A stretch of DNA of 63,861 bases, the filler included, from Choristocarpus tenellus KU-1152 (Eukaryota > Protista > Phaeophyceae): assembly GCA_964200185.2 (NCBI GenBank). It is 13 parts of 13 records of this genome, joined end to end, with 100 filler letters (N's around TTAATTAATTAA, not from the genome) between each part and the next. Parts side by side here need not be neighbours in the genome. Positions count along the whole stretch, not along the records: positions 8,271 to 13,109 come from CAXNAD020012853.1; positions 13,210 to 15,771 come from CAXNAD020026755.1; positions 15,872 to 18,560 come from CAXNAD020025634.1; positions 18,661 to 25,089 come from CAXNAD020008156.1; positions 25,190 to 30,950 come from CAXNAD020009819.1; 8 more parts are not named here. The stretch is one strand, 5' to 3'. Position 1 is the stretch's first letter, and every line of letters begins with the position of its first letter. Below the pieces are notes generated by a model. The model was not told the origin of the DNA. It was given only the letters and a program-made list of their open reading frames with translations, and made no database searches. The position numbers and the translations under genes are program-made. Below, piece after piece: positions 12,421 to 25,431 of the stretch.

Positions 12421-14190
12421 TTCAATGCATCTTCTCTCAGTGTAAATATCGTGGCCACATGGTCCATTTCGCTATTTGATCATGCTGCTGCGCCACATTA
12501 AATGCACTTTCTCATCACCTCATTGAGCTGAGTCTCACACGGTACTTGTTCTTCTGTCGCCTCTCTATAAAGAAGGTGCCGAGGGTAGATCCAGGGGGCA
12601 AAGTGGCCTTGGCGGCTCTCCTTTTCTCACCGTCGTGATCCATATTGCCGTGTGGGTCACCTGTGTGTGTGTTCACAGAAAGTCTGCAAAAGGCGTTAGA
12701 AAGATGTCTGAGAATCCTGTATTTTTTTTCGGTAGGGGTAAACGCACCATTTTTTGGAACCTATCCTCGACCCGTTTATTGCGGGGAATTCAGCCAACCA
12801 CTTCATTTTTGTACCTTTTGAGGTTGTGACCATCAAACTTACGCCGGAGTTATTCCCCCGTGTTTTTGGCATTCTTTGATCGGGATATAGTTCCCGTTCA
12901 CTGGAATTAATATATTCCTGCATACAAATCTTCAACCCCTCTTGGCATAAGCGTTGATTTGATACTTACATTAATTATTATGCCCTCTGACATTTTGCAG
13001 ATGTGTCATGGGGAAAACCAATGAAAACTATACATATGTCGTTATTAGCCCTAAATAAATAAAACATCCTAAACGTGAGAACACTATAAAACACTGTAAG
13101 TGTGGAAACNNNNNNNNNNNNNNNNNNNNNNNNNNNNNNNNNNNNNNNNNNNNTTAATTAATTAANNNNNNNNNNNNNNNNNNNNNNNNNNNNNNNNNNN
13201 NNNNNNNNNGGGGATGGTGCTCTCCCTTGTTATCTAATTCATTCGTCATCAAACACGTCAGAAGTATGTTTAAACATGTTTGTGACAGTTACACTACGTC
13301 AGTCACTTATAAGTTCAAGTTAAATTACTTCATTCACTTTTATACTATAAATCATATAATAGACTACTAGTCTATATTGCACAGAATCCTCCCATACATT
13401 TCGGGAACCCACCGAGGACCTGCTGGTACTCAATCTAGTGCAGAGTCTCGTACGATGGTAGCCTTAAAGATATACACATCTCCAGTACGTAGCAGCGATG
13501 CAAGACTCGAAAATCCCTCTACTATTCGTGAGAAGCCCACCGATTTGGACGCTGCAGAGTCGTCTTGAAGTTGCGCCGTCGGGTTTGAGTTTCCATTATG
13601 TCATTCCAACTATAGACATTAAGACTTCCACTCCTAACTCGATAATATTCGCCATGTAACCGTCATTGTTCTAGTCAACTATCGACATATACCCTGCTAT
13701 GTCACCCATGCAGAGTCCACTCGAGAATCCTCCCCAGATAATCCTTGACAAAGGTGCAGGAGGGGGAAATTACGTCTCATCTATTTTTTGCGAAAATTGC
13801 TTACCACAGCTCAACATGGTAGGCAAAGGTACCATACATGCAGCAAACTCCAGAGGGTGCAATATTCCACCAACAATGCTAGTATTGAGGTCATGAAAAT
13901 TTCCAATAGCGTTTTCCCCAGAGGAAAAAGTGCACAATATGGGTTGTAGGATAATGGTGGGGCTGCCTTACGAAATTATTTTTAGGAGCAACATTTTGTA
14001 GACAACACTAGAGTGAACTGTCATTTAGAGAAGTTCAATGCTCCCAACCATCACCATTGTCACCATGGATGCATTTTGTCAAGATTCCAACACTCAGATC
14101 GAGCAGTAACAAAGTACCCTTGTCAGACCTTAGCAAACGGCATTGTAATATTTTGCAAAAGAGAGATGCTTAAGTAGAGTATTTGCATTG

Positions 14191-14525
14191 TGTTGTATGG
14201 ATGTATTTATTAGCGGAGTGAGCACAGCCCTCGGTGGAGGGGGGGTGCTCTCTTCTAATATCTTATTATTTATTGCATACTTCAGCTGACACATCAAAAC
14301 GTGTCCTTCCGTTACATCGTACTATGTCACTTACTTAGTCAGTAATCCTCCATCAGTCCATTTATATCAAGTAATAAGAAATCAATCATCTGAGATTCAA
14401 ACTTATTACTCTAGACACACAAATCAGATCAATGACACTTGTTCCACTTAGTCAACATTCCTATTGTTTAATAGTGGTCACTAAACACCTATAAACCATA
14501 TAGACTTACCAGCCTATACTGCACA
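14191..14525 (-). repeat. Putative 3' LTR (TG...CAACA, about 335 bp)
   Basis: Starts TGTGC immediately after the PPT and ends ...CCATACAACA on the minus strand. A loosely similar stretch lies at 13210-13380. Confidence 0.6.
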
Positions 14526-15700
14526 CTCCCCCATGAGCGTGCAGCAAAGTTGCTGACAAAAGCTCACTCTCAACGCAAAAGCACGAAATGCACAAAATCA
14601 TGAATGAAAGTCTTGCGTGAAGACTTGGTTAACACGTTTGCCAATTGCTTGCGTGTTGGAATATACTTAATGCCAAAAGTCCCCTTCTTCCATAACCTGA
14701 CATTTCCTTCTCCATGGCCTCCTGCCGCTGATCTGTATTTGGCCCATCCAAGGCCTCCTTTGTTGTAGTTGATTTGCCTGCACCTGTTGTTACTTCCCCA
14801 TGATACCCATAAGGCAGTACATGCCGTTGTTGTTCTGCTGTATGAGGATTGACACAAAGTGGTTCTGTCCCATCTTGGGAGAAATATCTTAGCTTTGGGT
14901 GGATGTTGAGCGCTTTGCATCTTGAGCCCTACGCCCAATGGTTTGGCTCTCACCCCCAGTCTCGCTCCCTGTTGTTGTGGAAGCCTCTTCTTCATCTTTC
15001 ATATCCATGTCCATGTCGCCATGAAACTCTGGCTCCCCCAGTATGTCCAGCTCTGACTCCCAACTGGCTTCAGCAGTTTGGCTTCAGGCTGAAAAGTCAC
15101 CTTTGCTGAGGTCACCAGCTTGTCTAGACAGTGTCGCTCTCCTCTGGCGACAAACGATCTGAAGGTGCCCTTTACCTCCGCAGTTGTTCCAGGATGTGCT
15201 GATCCCCATCGCTGCAGCCCCTTTTGTTACCTGTCCCAGCAGGAACCACAAGGCCTCGCGATGCCCTCCATAAATTTGCTCCTATTTGAGCCAGGCAGCC
15301 CTCCATCAGGGCTGCTGATACTCTCATGAGTACTGATCATCATCGTTGTGGCCCCCCTTTTGTGGCCTGTCCCAGCAAGAAACACAAGGCCGCGCGACTT
15401 CCGGTGAGCTGCACGGGGATCTCTCGTACTCCGTGCGTCCTTTGTCGAGCTGCATGGGGATCTTGTCCTCCATACGGACACATCTGCGCAAATGCCTGCA
15501 TGCTGTCCCTGATGCCTATCAGAGCTCCTTTCTTGGCATGATCTTGGCTGCCTCCAGCTGCTTGTACTCTTGTCCAGATATGATCGAGGCGAATTACGAA
15601 ATCTGCAGTGTCCTCCACTGACAGGCAGTACATGTCGCACAATTTCATCTCTGGAGATATGAGCTGCATGGGCCGCTGACTCACAGCGCGCCCCCCATAG
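14191..15700 (-). mobile_element. Ty1/copia LTR retrotransposon relic, internally deleted and decayed
   Basis: Gag-like fragment (EDTADFVIRLDHIWTRVQAAG, then a degenerate Cys/His knuckle), copia RNase H C-terminus IKYIPTRKQLANVLTKS (compare YIPT..Q.AD.LTK), polypurine tract GGGGGAG at 14532-14526, then an LTR. Confidence 0.75.
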
Positions 15701-15704
15701 ATCT

Positions 15705-15771
15705 GAGTGAAACTATCTTAGAGGGTACGAATTTTTCCCTGTTTGTCCATTTGTGGGGCTTGGCTTCCCAT
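15705..15771 (-). mobile_element. MITE family A end, truncated by contig end
   Basis: GAGTGAAACTATCTTAGAGGGTACGA...GGGCTTGGCTTCCCA matches the copy at 23728. Confidence 0.8.
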
Positions 15772-15924
15772 NNNNNNNNNNNNNNNNNNNNNNNNNNNNN
15801 NNNNNNNNNNNNNNNTTAATTAATTAANNNNNNNNNNNNNNNNNNNNNNNNNNNNNNNNNNNNNNNNNNNNTCCCCCACCCCCCCCCCCCAATCCCCCCC
15901 CCCCCCCAAAAACAAAAAAAGGAA

Positions 15925-15978
<54 letters not shown>

Positions 15979-16989
15979 AAGGGATCAAGGGGGAGCAAAG
16001 AAGAAGGATACCAGTCACCTCCTCGGTCGATGGGACGCCTACTAAGGGTATTGAACACCGATGTAGGAACTGGCTATTCTGGCTATAAGACGAGGTCACA
16101 AGATGCTGGTAAAATAAAATAAATTAAAATAAACAAACAAGAATTGGAAGTGAGTCAAGTCAGGTTGCAAAGAAAAACTAACTCGCAAAAAGAGAGTAGA
16201 CAAAAAAAAAGGAAAGTATAGACAACGCGACGCACGCCCCTGTCTAACGTGTGCTGTAGAAATAATAATAAAAATATAACCATAATAATTGTAATAGTAA
16301 GAAGAATATAATCACAGTAGTCGTAGAAATAATAAAAATATAACCATAATAATTGTAATAGTAAGAAGAATATAATCACAATAGTAGTAGTAATAATAAA
16401 AATATAATCATAATAATTGTAATAGTTTTATATTTTGGTGTTGTCCAAGCGTGTACAATAATAATGTTTGCAAGTGGAGATACCATCCGAATAATAATAA
16501 TAATAATAATAATAATCTAAAATTTCTTCCTTTTCTTGTTGTCTTCAATGTAGTTGCAATGTCTACAACAGCCAACAATAAGCAAAACGATTTGACCCTA
16601 GAAAAAAGAAGATTGAGAATTAGTGGGATAGAGTAGAAAGTCCCCACTCTGTTTTGCCCTCCATTGATAATTTAGGTCTATTAAAATCATCTGCCTGGCA
16701 CCCAACTTCCCATGCCTAAGGTACAGCCAACCCCCCTCAGGAGTCTTGGCTGTAGAAGACTTGAAAATCCATCCATATGGGCATGAAATCATCTCCAAAG
16801 TGATAGAAGCGCACACACCAGAAGGCGGTGACAAGGGCCACAAATACTCTGTGATCCCCCCCCCCCCCCCCNNNNNNNNNNAAGAAAACCCCCCCCAACG
16901 GTAAAGAGGGCCCCCCCCCAGCGGGGGGTGACAAGGGCCCAAACACCCTTTTGTCCCCCCCCCCCCCCCCCATCCCAGACAGGACTACA

Positions 16990-17076
16990 CTAACCCCTAC
17001 CCCAACCCTAACCCTAATCCAAATCCTAACCCTACTCCAAACCCTAAACCCAATCCTAACCCTAACCCTAACCCTA
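16990..17076. repeat. Degenerate telomere-like (CCCTAA)n tract in an intron
   Basis: About 14 hexamers of CCCTAA with variants (CCCTAC, TCCTAA, CCCAAT). Confidence 0.85.
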
Positions 17077-17098
17077 TGAGGAACTGTACACCCCTGAC

Positions 17099-17304
17099 CT
17101 TGCGGCTTCAACCTCTGTGGCAGCCTGCGCATACTGGTGCTGCATGCCCTGGAAGTCCCCCACAAGCTGACCAAACTGCTTTCGCTCAAAGAGGTACGGA
17201 AGGGTCGACTCCATGCAGCCCTTCGACAGGCCCACCATCTGCGCGCCAATGCCAATCCGTCCTTCATTGAGGATCTCAATGGCATACTTGTAGCCCTTCC
17301 CTAC
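17099..17304 (-). CDS. ACADSB: Short/branched-chain acyl-CoA dehydrogenase, single internal exon
   Basis: [69 protein letters not shown] matches the ACADSB signature [19 protein letters not shown] and RKQFG...DFQG.QHQ. Bounded by tcacag| and |gtcagg. Confidence 0.9.
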
Positions 17305-17446
17305 CTGTGAACACCACAAGAAGGGTGTCCCGGGAGAAGCAAGGAGGCGTTACCGTAGTCGCCACTAACTCTTTTTGGCGGGTCACCTTCGTCTGTATCG
17401 ATGTACACCAACATTCACGTCACTTTTATTTTATTTGTTCCACGTA

Positions 17447-17571
17447 GTATGTATGTATGTATGTATGTGTGTATGTATGTATGTGTGTATGTGTGTATGT
17501 ATGTATGTATGTATTTTTGTTTGTATGTATGTTTGTATGTATGTGTGTGTGTATGTATGTATGTATGTATG
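17447..17571. repeat. (TATG)n/(TG)n compound microsatellite
   Basis: Directly visible. Confidence 0.95.
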
Positions 17572-17773
17572 TAGACAGTGCATGTGCATCTTTTTTTTTT
17601 ATGTATTTCTTCAAGATTATCTCGGACTGCCTCTACTGCCATGCCTGCACTGCTCTAAGATTTTCCAAAAAAATCCAAAAAATGAAAACAAAATAAATAA
17701 CATCTCTATTCTCCCGGCCCCCCACAAAAATGCAGTACAAAGTCAGAAATGAGAAAATACACACTCACACACT

Positions 17774-17813
<40 letters not shown>

Positions 17814-19744
17814 TAAAGAAAAAGACTGCCCATATCCCTGGGAGGAAGGGGTAGGGGAGGTGGGTACTCAATAACAAAAAGTCAAATTGTGCATTCGCAT
17901 GCGCTCTACATGCGCACCCACACAAAGAAGTATTTGCACGGCAGAATAAGAGTGGCTCCTGCAGGCAGGGAGCGGGCACTACCTAGGTGTCTGCGCAGGG
18001 GTACGCTCTGGTTCTTCCTGATTCTAATGCGGTCCTCAATAGTAACCCTAACCCTAACCCTAATCCTAATCCTGTATTTGAAAAAAAAAAAAATCTCATT
18101 GTTGGCAGTTATCATCACTCTTCCTTCACTTCTTAGTCTTTCCTATCTCTAATAATCACTCTAATATCTGGAAGCTGCTTCCTCTCGTCAGCATCGGTTC
18201 AAACATTAGAACTCTATTCAGCAGGGCAGGCTGTATTCGAAGATGGCATCGGACTTCCGCTGCTAGGTTCTTACGACGTGGCACTAACCCACAACAATGT
18301 TGCCTTACAATCCCAGCAAAGTCCAACTTAGTCATTCTACCCATTCTATGCAGCCCACTGGGAAGCTGCAAGAAACGCCTTCCCAATGTGGTGAAAAAAA
18401 AGCCCTGCCAAATGTGTTCAAACTGGTACTGAACAGAGGAAGTAATATATCAACACCTATCTTACTTCACAGGAGAATTATTCCTACCCCCTCCCCCCCC
18501 CAAAAAAAAAAGAAAAAAAAAGAAAAAAGAGATTCAACTCACCCCTCCCAACGCGATCGCNNNNNNNNNNNNNNNNNNNNNNNNNNNNNNNNNNNNNNNN
18601 NNNNTTAATTAATTAANNNNNNNNNNNNNNNNNNNNNNNNNNNNNNNNNNNNNNNNNNNNCTATTGTTGCACCCTTCCTCGAAGAAGTCTGTCCCCTCTG
18701 TTGTATCAGCTATCTCCATTATCCTCTCTAGTGTCCACAGGGAGGTGTTGTCCGCTTGCTCCATGGTGGACTATAATACATTGTGACCTTTTGAGATTCT
18801 TGGTATGTTTCACTACCTCCTCACCCACCTTATTAGAATTGAGGTGGGTTAGAGGTGTACCCGAAGTGAACAGATTACACTGTAATTTCAACCTCCAAGG
18901 AAGTGATGTAGTATAATGGTATTCAAATAGTAACTAGTTTTTGGAGATGTATCTTACGTTATCGATAACTGTTATTATTGGGGGTTGCTATTGTGATTTG
19001 GATTTAGCTTTTTCCCTAACACATCTACAAAATGTGAGAGGGGAGAAAAGTATGTACACAATATTGTTAAGAGGACTTTTTTAGTACGACTAGATTGTGT
19101 GGATTTATTGTAGGTTGTGTAATTGAGTAGTACATATATACTATGCGATTCAAAACAACTAAGATTGGAGAAAAATGTAACGAACGGATGAGTATCATCA
19201 AGAGAAACACAGGACACCTCAACATAGGAGCCTCAACTATACATGAAAAATGTATTTGGTGACAAGAACAAAAAAAGTATACATACAAAACTGTAGGAAA
19301 GGAGAAAATGAGATGCAGAATGAAACTGATTCTCCCCTACACCTTCATCCCTCTGAATCCAATCCAATAATAGAATCACTTCCAAGCATCTAAAACTGTG
19401 GTCAACCAACTACACTTGAAGCGATCGGAACACTACACACTATATTTGACCATAGATCACAGTTGGAGATAGTTTCTCTATGGCGAACCTTTATTTTCAA
19501 ACCAACAACCCCTAAACTCTACACAACCATTGGAATCTAACATACAAATTATATGTACATAAAACATTATCAGAACACGAGAGGAAGTGCAAATTAAGGA
19601 TCTATCTGACGTACCTACAGGTGAGAAAATATAGATCTCATACACACATTTAAGAGATGAATATTCGCATGTTCAGGACATTTTGCTTTGCTCACAAATT
19701 CTGGATTATTATTTATTATTCTTTTGTTTGCATTCCACCCATTC

Positions 19745-20750
19745 TACTCCTCCCCCATTCTAACACCACTCGTCACCAACTAGTTCGACACCTCCATCAC
19801 TGACTTCGAGCCACCAGCTTGTCCCGTTACCAATCAGTGCGAACCCCCTTCGCCACTGATTTACAGTCACTCTAGTCGGAGTTTGAAAGGCGACCAAATA
19901 TTGAATCGGATAGAGAGGTCGACGGTTTTCAGGCGGCGTGTCGGTTCCATCAGGGTGAATTTGATGAGTTGCATAAGGATGTAAAGGGCATTTTTCTGGT
20001 CCCCCACAACCGCCATGGAGGTTTCAGAGAGGACGACAACCACGATCGATCTCCCGCAAAGTATGTCTTTAGCAATAGAAAACGTCTGCTGCTGTTCCTA
20101 AAAATGATATGGAAGAACTACATGTTCGTTCTGATGTCCGAGCTGTAAGATCCTTCCGCTAGTGTTCGTAAATGATTTCGTGAGGTTGACGTAGCAACTT
20201 CGGAATCACGACCAAGTGATCAAAGCAGAGAATCAGGAGTAATTTGAAAATTGTTGTCTTGGCAGTGCTGTTCACAGGTAGGCTGGTAGGGTACGATTTT
20301 ATGAAACGACTTTTATCTGTTGAAAACCTTCAGAGAGGTCCACTTTTGCGTCTCAACTTTGATTTTCCACCCCCGTGGTTTCCTATGATTGAATAAAGCA
20401 GTAGATTGTCTGACCCGAACATGATGAGTGAGAAGTTGATGGCGAGTTCATGAGTATTGTATTCCATCCAGACTTAGGTAATGGGGTGTGCATTCTGGAT
20501 GGTATTACCGCCAGCATGCTTGGCCCGTCACGGGTAAGATGGAGTGCAGGTTTGGAATAAATTTGATTCCTACAAGAGACAAGGTAGATTGGCGAGTATC
20601 CGTTATAGCCATTGGCGACCGTTATGTTGGTGTCATTTTTGGTTGGGTTTGTGCTCTTCATCATATAAGTAGAGCTCGACATATGTGCAGGAGGAAGATG
20701 TTTGTGTTAACGGTTGACAACAGTTAGCTGTGAGGGTATGTACATGCTTG
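19745..20750 (-). mobile_element. Ty3/gypsy-like integrase relic, highly decayed
   Basis: Minus-strand fragments in the expected order: PMAITDTRQSTLSLVGIKFIPNL (compare PM.IT.TP..PF..V..D..GPLP), IIGNHGG (compare I.SDNG), HKIVPYQPT (compare H.T.PYHPQ), IQYLVAF (chromodomain-like), then a purine tract at about 19760-19745. Many stops and frameshifts. Confidence 0.5.
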
Positions 20751-22450
20751 GACTTCTGTACCTTCTGCCAACATAACGCCTATCCCAAGACTATAAAATC
20801 GCTCTCCTCCTATGTTACTTGTAGTATTGGTGATTGCATGTACACCAGCTCTTCCCTCCCCAATGTTGCTTGCATTGGTCAATGCAGGTTGGGTTTGGTC
20901 AAGACGAGCTGTACAATGACATCCATAAGCTACACTTCTCCTCAAACAAGGAGTTAGGCACAGTCAAGTACTGTTTGTTAAATCTCAGGCAAGCCCCTTC
21001 AAGTAAGTCTCGTTGACTCAGGGTTGACAGATGTGTTGGGTGTACCTACTTAGATGTCCATGTTGGCAATAACCTTTGGTGTGGGGTGATTGTGGGAGGA
21101 CTAATGTTTGAAATACAGAAAATAATAGGTAGTGCACATAATCCTTTATGTGTTACACCTACGACTCACTGCATTCACTTTTTACTTCCTGCACTTTCTT
21201 GATTTTGCCTTTCACGATGTTACCTGCTTCAATACATACCATAGAACAGGCTTAGGCAACTGACGGGTGATTTTTGGACAGGGCGGCCCAAAATGTGCCC
21301 AAGGTATTCCTAAAGCCGCATGAGTCGGGCATCAGAGATGGCGACTACCAGGGAGATGCAAGGTCAGTAGATAACTTCATCAAGATCTTTTCTGTCAGGG
21401 ATGAAAATGTATCTGACGCTTGCAAGTGTTTCAACTAACATCAGCATCAAGTTCAGGTTATTGTTGAGAATATGCCATTGGACAAATAAAGAGTGGTTGG
21501 TGGTGGGAGGCAAATCCTAACACAGTCGAGACGTGGAGCCCTTGTTCCTTGAGCTGTGCACTTTTCTGATTGCCCATGTGTTGAGGCTTGGCTAGATGGA
21601 GCACTGAGAGGCCTGATTGGGAGTTTATTTGTTCTATCCTGAGGACCCTGTGTCTTACTTAATCCACAACGTTAAGGAAGACAGATGGTACAATATCCAC
21701 AATCCGGGTCACAATATATTCTCCAGAGTGCATGGGAGGGCGTTTTTAATGTGTGGTGAGAAGCATAGGGGATATTTACTGCTGTTGTAACAGTTGGGGT
21801 ATATGAGGGAATGGTATTTGTTGAGTAGGAGCAGATATTTCCGGGAGATAAGCTACAGAGAATTTAGTATTGATGTATGCCACACTAGACTCGTATTTTA
21901 GTTGATATGTGATGTATTTTGGCAGAGGACAATATCTGACAAGGTGTTAATATATAAGTGCTAGTTGGTAAGCCATATACGTTGGCATTTGTTATTGAAG
22001 TTTGGTACTACAAATGGATTGCAAGATTTTGGTGTTGGGTTCGTTTATATATTGAAGCATTGCGTAGTATGCATTGATCTTGTACTAGGATGTCAGAAGT
22101 TGGAAGTAGCAGGGAACTTACTTACAGCTGCTGCTGTAAAAGTTGAGGGCAGAAAGCTGTATATACCATGGCTTACTATGTGCATGTGGCCACACACCCA
22201 ACTAGTTTGTCCCCGTAGTTTCAAGACATTCACCTCAATAGGCAGTAAGTCTACACAGTAAGCATATCGCAGGAGTCTGCCATGGCTTGAGCACCCTCAC
22301 TCCATTGCGTTCCCGATCAATATTGAATGGAAATTTTACAGCCGCAACAAAAATATTGGCTTACGCTTCCTGCAAATTGGGAAGGTGTTCAGGATAAGTT
22401 GCCGCCGCCTTGTGTGACATGAGTTTAGGCTCTGTTTGAACCTACCTCCA

Positions 22451-22707
22451 GAGTCAAAGTATCTTAGAGGGTAGAGCCGCGTCCATTCGGGGGCCAAAAC
22501 CCGGTGTTGCGATTTTGATGTAATTTTGGCTATAGTGTTTGTTAGGAAGTGGCAATATCCTTGTTCGGGCACACCTTTTCATAACGTACACACTTTACCT
22601 ACTCCAAAATGTTTCAGAGTAGGTAAAATATCATAAGAACCTGTGGGAAGCGAAGCCCTAAACAGACAAACAGGGGAAAAATCGTACCCTCTAAGATACT
22701 TTCACTC
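22451..22707 (+). mobile_element. MITE family A, full copy (257 bp), TSD TCCA
   Basis: TIRs GAGTCAAAGTATCTTAGAGGGTA and TACCCTCTAAGATACTTTCACTC; TCCA at 22447-22450 and 22708-22711. Confidence 0.92.
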
Positions 22708-23727
22708 TCCAGTGTGTAGTGTAGTATATATATTATATTGACATATACACATGCAGCATGCTTCATCATTATGACACATGTGAGCGCCATCCCAATGGTA
22801 CATCAGCTAACCCTCTACAAAAAAGAAAATCTTAAGTCCTTCTGGTAATACACTGTGATTAGATTGTTCAAAATTACCTACTTTGCTATTGATGTACTCA
22901 ACACACTTCCTGGGGGAATTAGTGGACTGAACTATCATGGGAGATTTTGTTTAAACTTTTATCTAAACCTACTCTGGTCGAATCCTCCTCAACTCTCTGC
23001 GTTTACCCCATGGAGACTCCATGCCCAGCAGCCTTTTGTCAGAAATTATCAGCCCTTGGGGACATGATCACCATTTGCCTTGGGATATGTTTCCTCCAGT
23101 CACTATATGTCAGCTTACTACCTAGCTCCAAGTATTTACAGCCCTTCTATTGCGTTGGATGGGGAGGGCAATATGCTGTGCTTGGGTGTGGGGCAGCAAA
23201 TCAACCAAAAAAATCACCCTTACTCTGAAGTACCCTGACCAAATCAACTACAGTACCATTTCACAAGATCTGTCAGCAAACGTAGTGTAAGTACATTAGT
23301 TGCCTACAACAGTGTTGCAACTCCCTATGCTATCTCCTCATGTCAGCAAATGAAGATGGTGATGCAAGAGGCTGCAGATCATGCCACTAACCATTCTGAC
23401 AAGAAGAGATGTCGTGCAGGGTACAAGAAGTTGACATTACAGTACTGATCTGCTGCCTCCGACATCATCTTTATTGCTGACTTGCTCATCTCTGTGAATT
23501 CGACACCAGACTTGTTGGCCTCCTTGAAGGTGGCAACGACAGTAACCAGGGTATCCTGTATGTGCCATCCCTAACTTCCAACTAATTGTCTAGTCCAACA
23601 ATGTCTTGCTTAATATTATTGAGGGAGTGACAGCCCCAAACGCGATTTTTTGACAAAAACATCGCTTGTGATGCCTCTGCTACAAATTACGAGTTCCCTA
23701 CCACCCACTTTCTTCAAGGTAAATTTT

Positions 23728-23985
23728 GAGTGAAAGTATCTTAGAGGGTACGAGTTTTGCCCTGTTTGTCCATTTGGGGCTTGGCTTCCCACAGGGATTT
23801 TTTTGACATTCTCCTACTCGAAATATTTCGGAGTAGGTAAGATGTATACGTCATGAAAAGGTGTGTCCGGAACAAGGATATTGACACTTCCTAACAAACA
23901 CAATACCCCAAATTGCATCAATATCGCAACATTCGGTTTTGGCCCCAAATGGACGCTACTCTACCCTCTTAAGATACTTTGACTC
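23728..23985 (-). mobile_element. MITE family A, full copy
   Basis: Same TIRs with the interior reverse-complemented; TSD not preserved. Confidence 0.9.
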
Positions 23986-25431
23986 TTACCCCACAGATAC
24001 ACTTATTGTACATATGCTTGAAACGACAATAACCGCCAGTTACGTTGATCCTGTTTGGGGTCACTATTATAACTGCGTATCTGTAACACTTGCACAAAAA
24101 ACTCTCTAGACAGACTTCAAACTACTGTCCTGCTTCTGTACGCAACACTCTTTGGAAGCGTTTTAGACAGGTACCTCAAAGTGCGTTTATTTTATTATTT
24201 AATGTCTTAACCACAATGACTTGAGAAAGAAACAGAGATCTTACATCTTCATTATTGTTGTTGAAATTATCAATCAATACTTAAATGACTCTATACAGAG
24301 GTCAGAACGTGTCATCTAATCAGTAATTGTAGGTTCTTGCTCCTGCTGTGCCAACTATTTACCTGCGTTACCTACACCGTGTGTGTGTGTGCGTGTGTGC
24401 GTGTGATACACTTTTTTTCATCATACAGGACACAATTTGAATGGATTGCTGAGGAATGTTCTAGCTATCTTCATAGATGTACTCTGGAGCAGTTACACTA
24501 TTACTTTGTAATATAGGTGGTGTGCGTATCTACCGTCTAGCAGAACTTCCATTCCATGAGGTACAGACGGTGGACTATAAAGCAATAGGCAGCAACACTT
24601 GAAAAAACATTAAGCTACCCTAGTTCTACGTTTTACACAGATACAATTCTAAACTGAAACAATCACGCAGTGATGCAAGGGGAGGAAAATTAAAGAACAA
24701 AATGCAGAACGTAAAGTACATCAATCATTCAAGTGCACTCAGGAACTGCTCTGCAGTAGCCATCAGAGCTATTTCACCCTTAGTCCAACAAACATTCCGT
24801 AAAAAACCCGACTAGTTCTCAGGAGGTGATCTGGTGCTTCCCACGAGAAATCGAAAAAGAGACCTAAGTGTCCGACATTCCAAACCCCCAGCACTGGACA
24901 TCTATTAATCGCCTTCCATTAGAGTTCCAGAAATGTGTTACACACAACTCTTCTCCTCCACACCCCCATACTCACTTTCACACAAAAGGCTAAAAGTATC
25001 TGGGGGGGGGGGGGGGGGGGGGGGATGTGCACTTGGGGGCATATTTTTTTTGAGGCGTTTTGCGGGGGTTTTTTTCACCTAGTCGGTGGNNNNNNNNNNN
25101 NNNNNNNNNNNNNNNNNNNNNNNNNNNNNNNNNTTAATTAATTAANNNNNNNNNNNNNNNNNNNNNNNNNNNNNNNNNNNNNNNNNNNNCCCTACTGCCC
25201 GCCCCAATCCCCATGTACCATCCTGTTTCCCCCTTCCATACCTTACCCCTTCCTACCAATCACCCTCCCTGTCTACCCTCTACTCCACTACCCACAGGGG
25301 GGTCTCCCTTGATGTTGAACCCCAACATTTCCATCCCGGCATCTATCCATCCCCCATCCCACCTTTGTCCGCCCTCCCCCCCCCCCTTTCCTGCCCCCGC
25401 TGCCTGCCGTCTCCCATGGAATTGGCTGCAG

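Noticed and set aside
16872-16980. Apparent duplicate of 16820-16871 after a 10-N gap
   Set aside because: Homopolymer-inflated, low-quality version of the adjacent sequence; probably a read-quality artefact after a poly-C run. The same applies to 15872-15980.
17990-18042. EDRIRIRKNQSVPL as a possible upstream ACADSB exon (compare EDKLGIRASSTCPL)
   Set aside because: Similarity is weak, it runs out of a telomere-like tract and I found no convincing splice sites.
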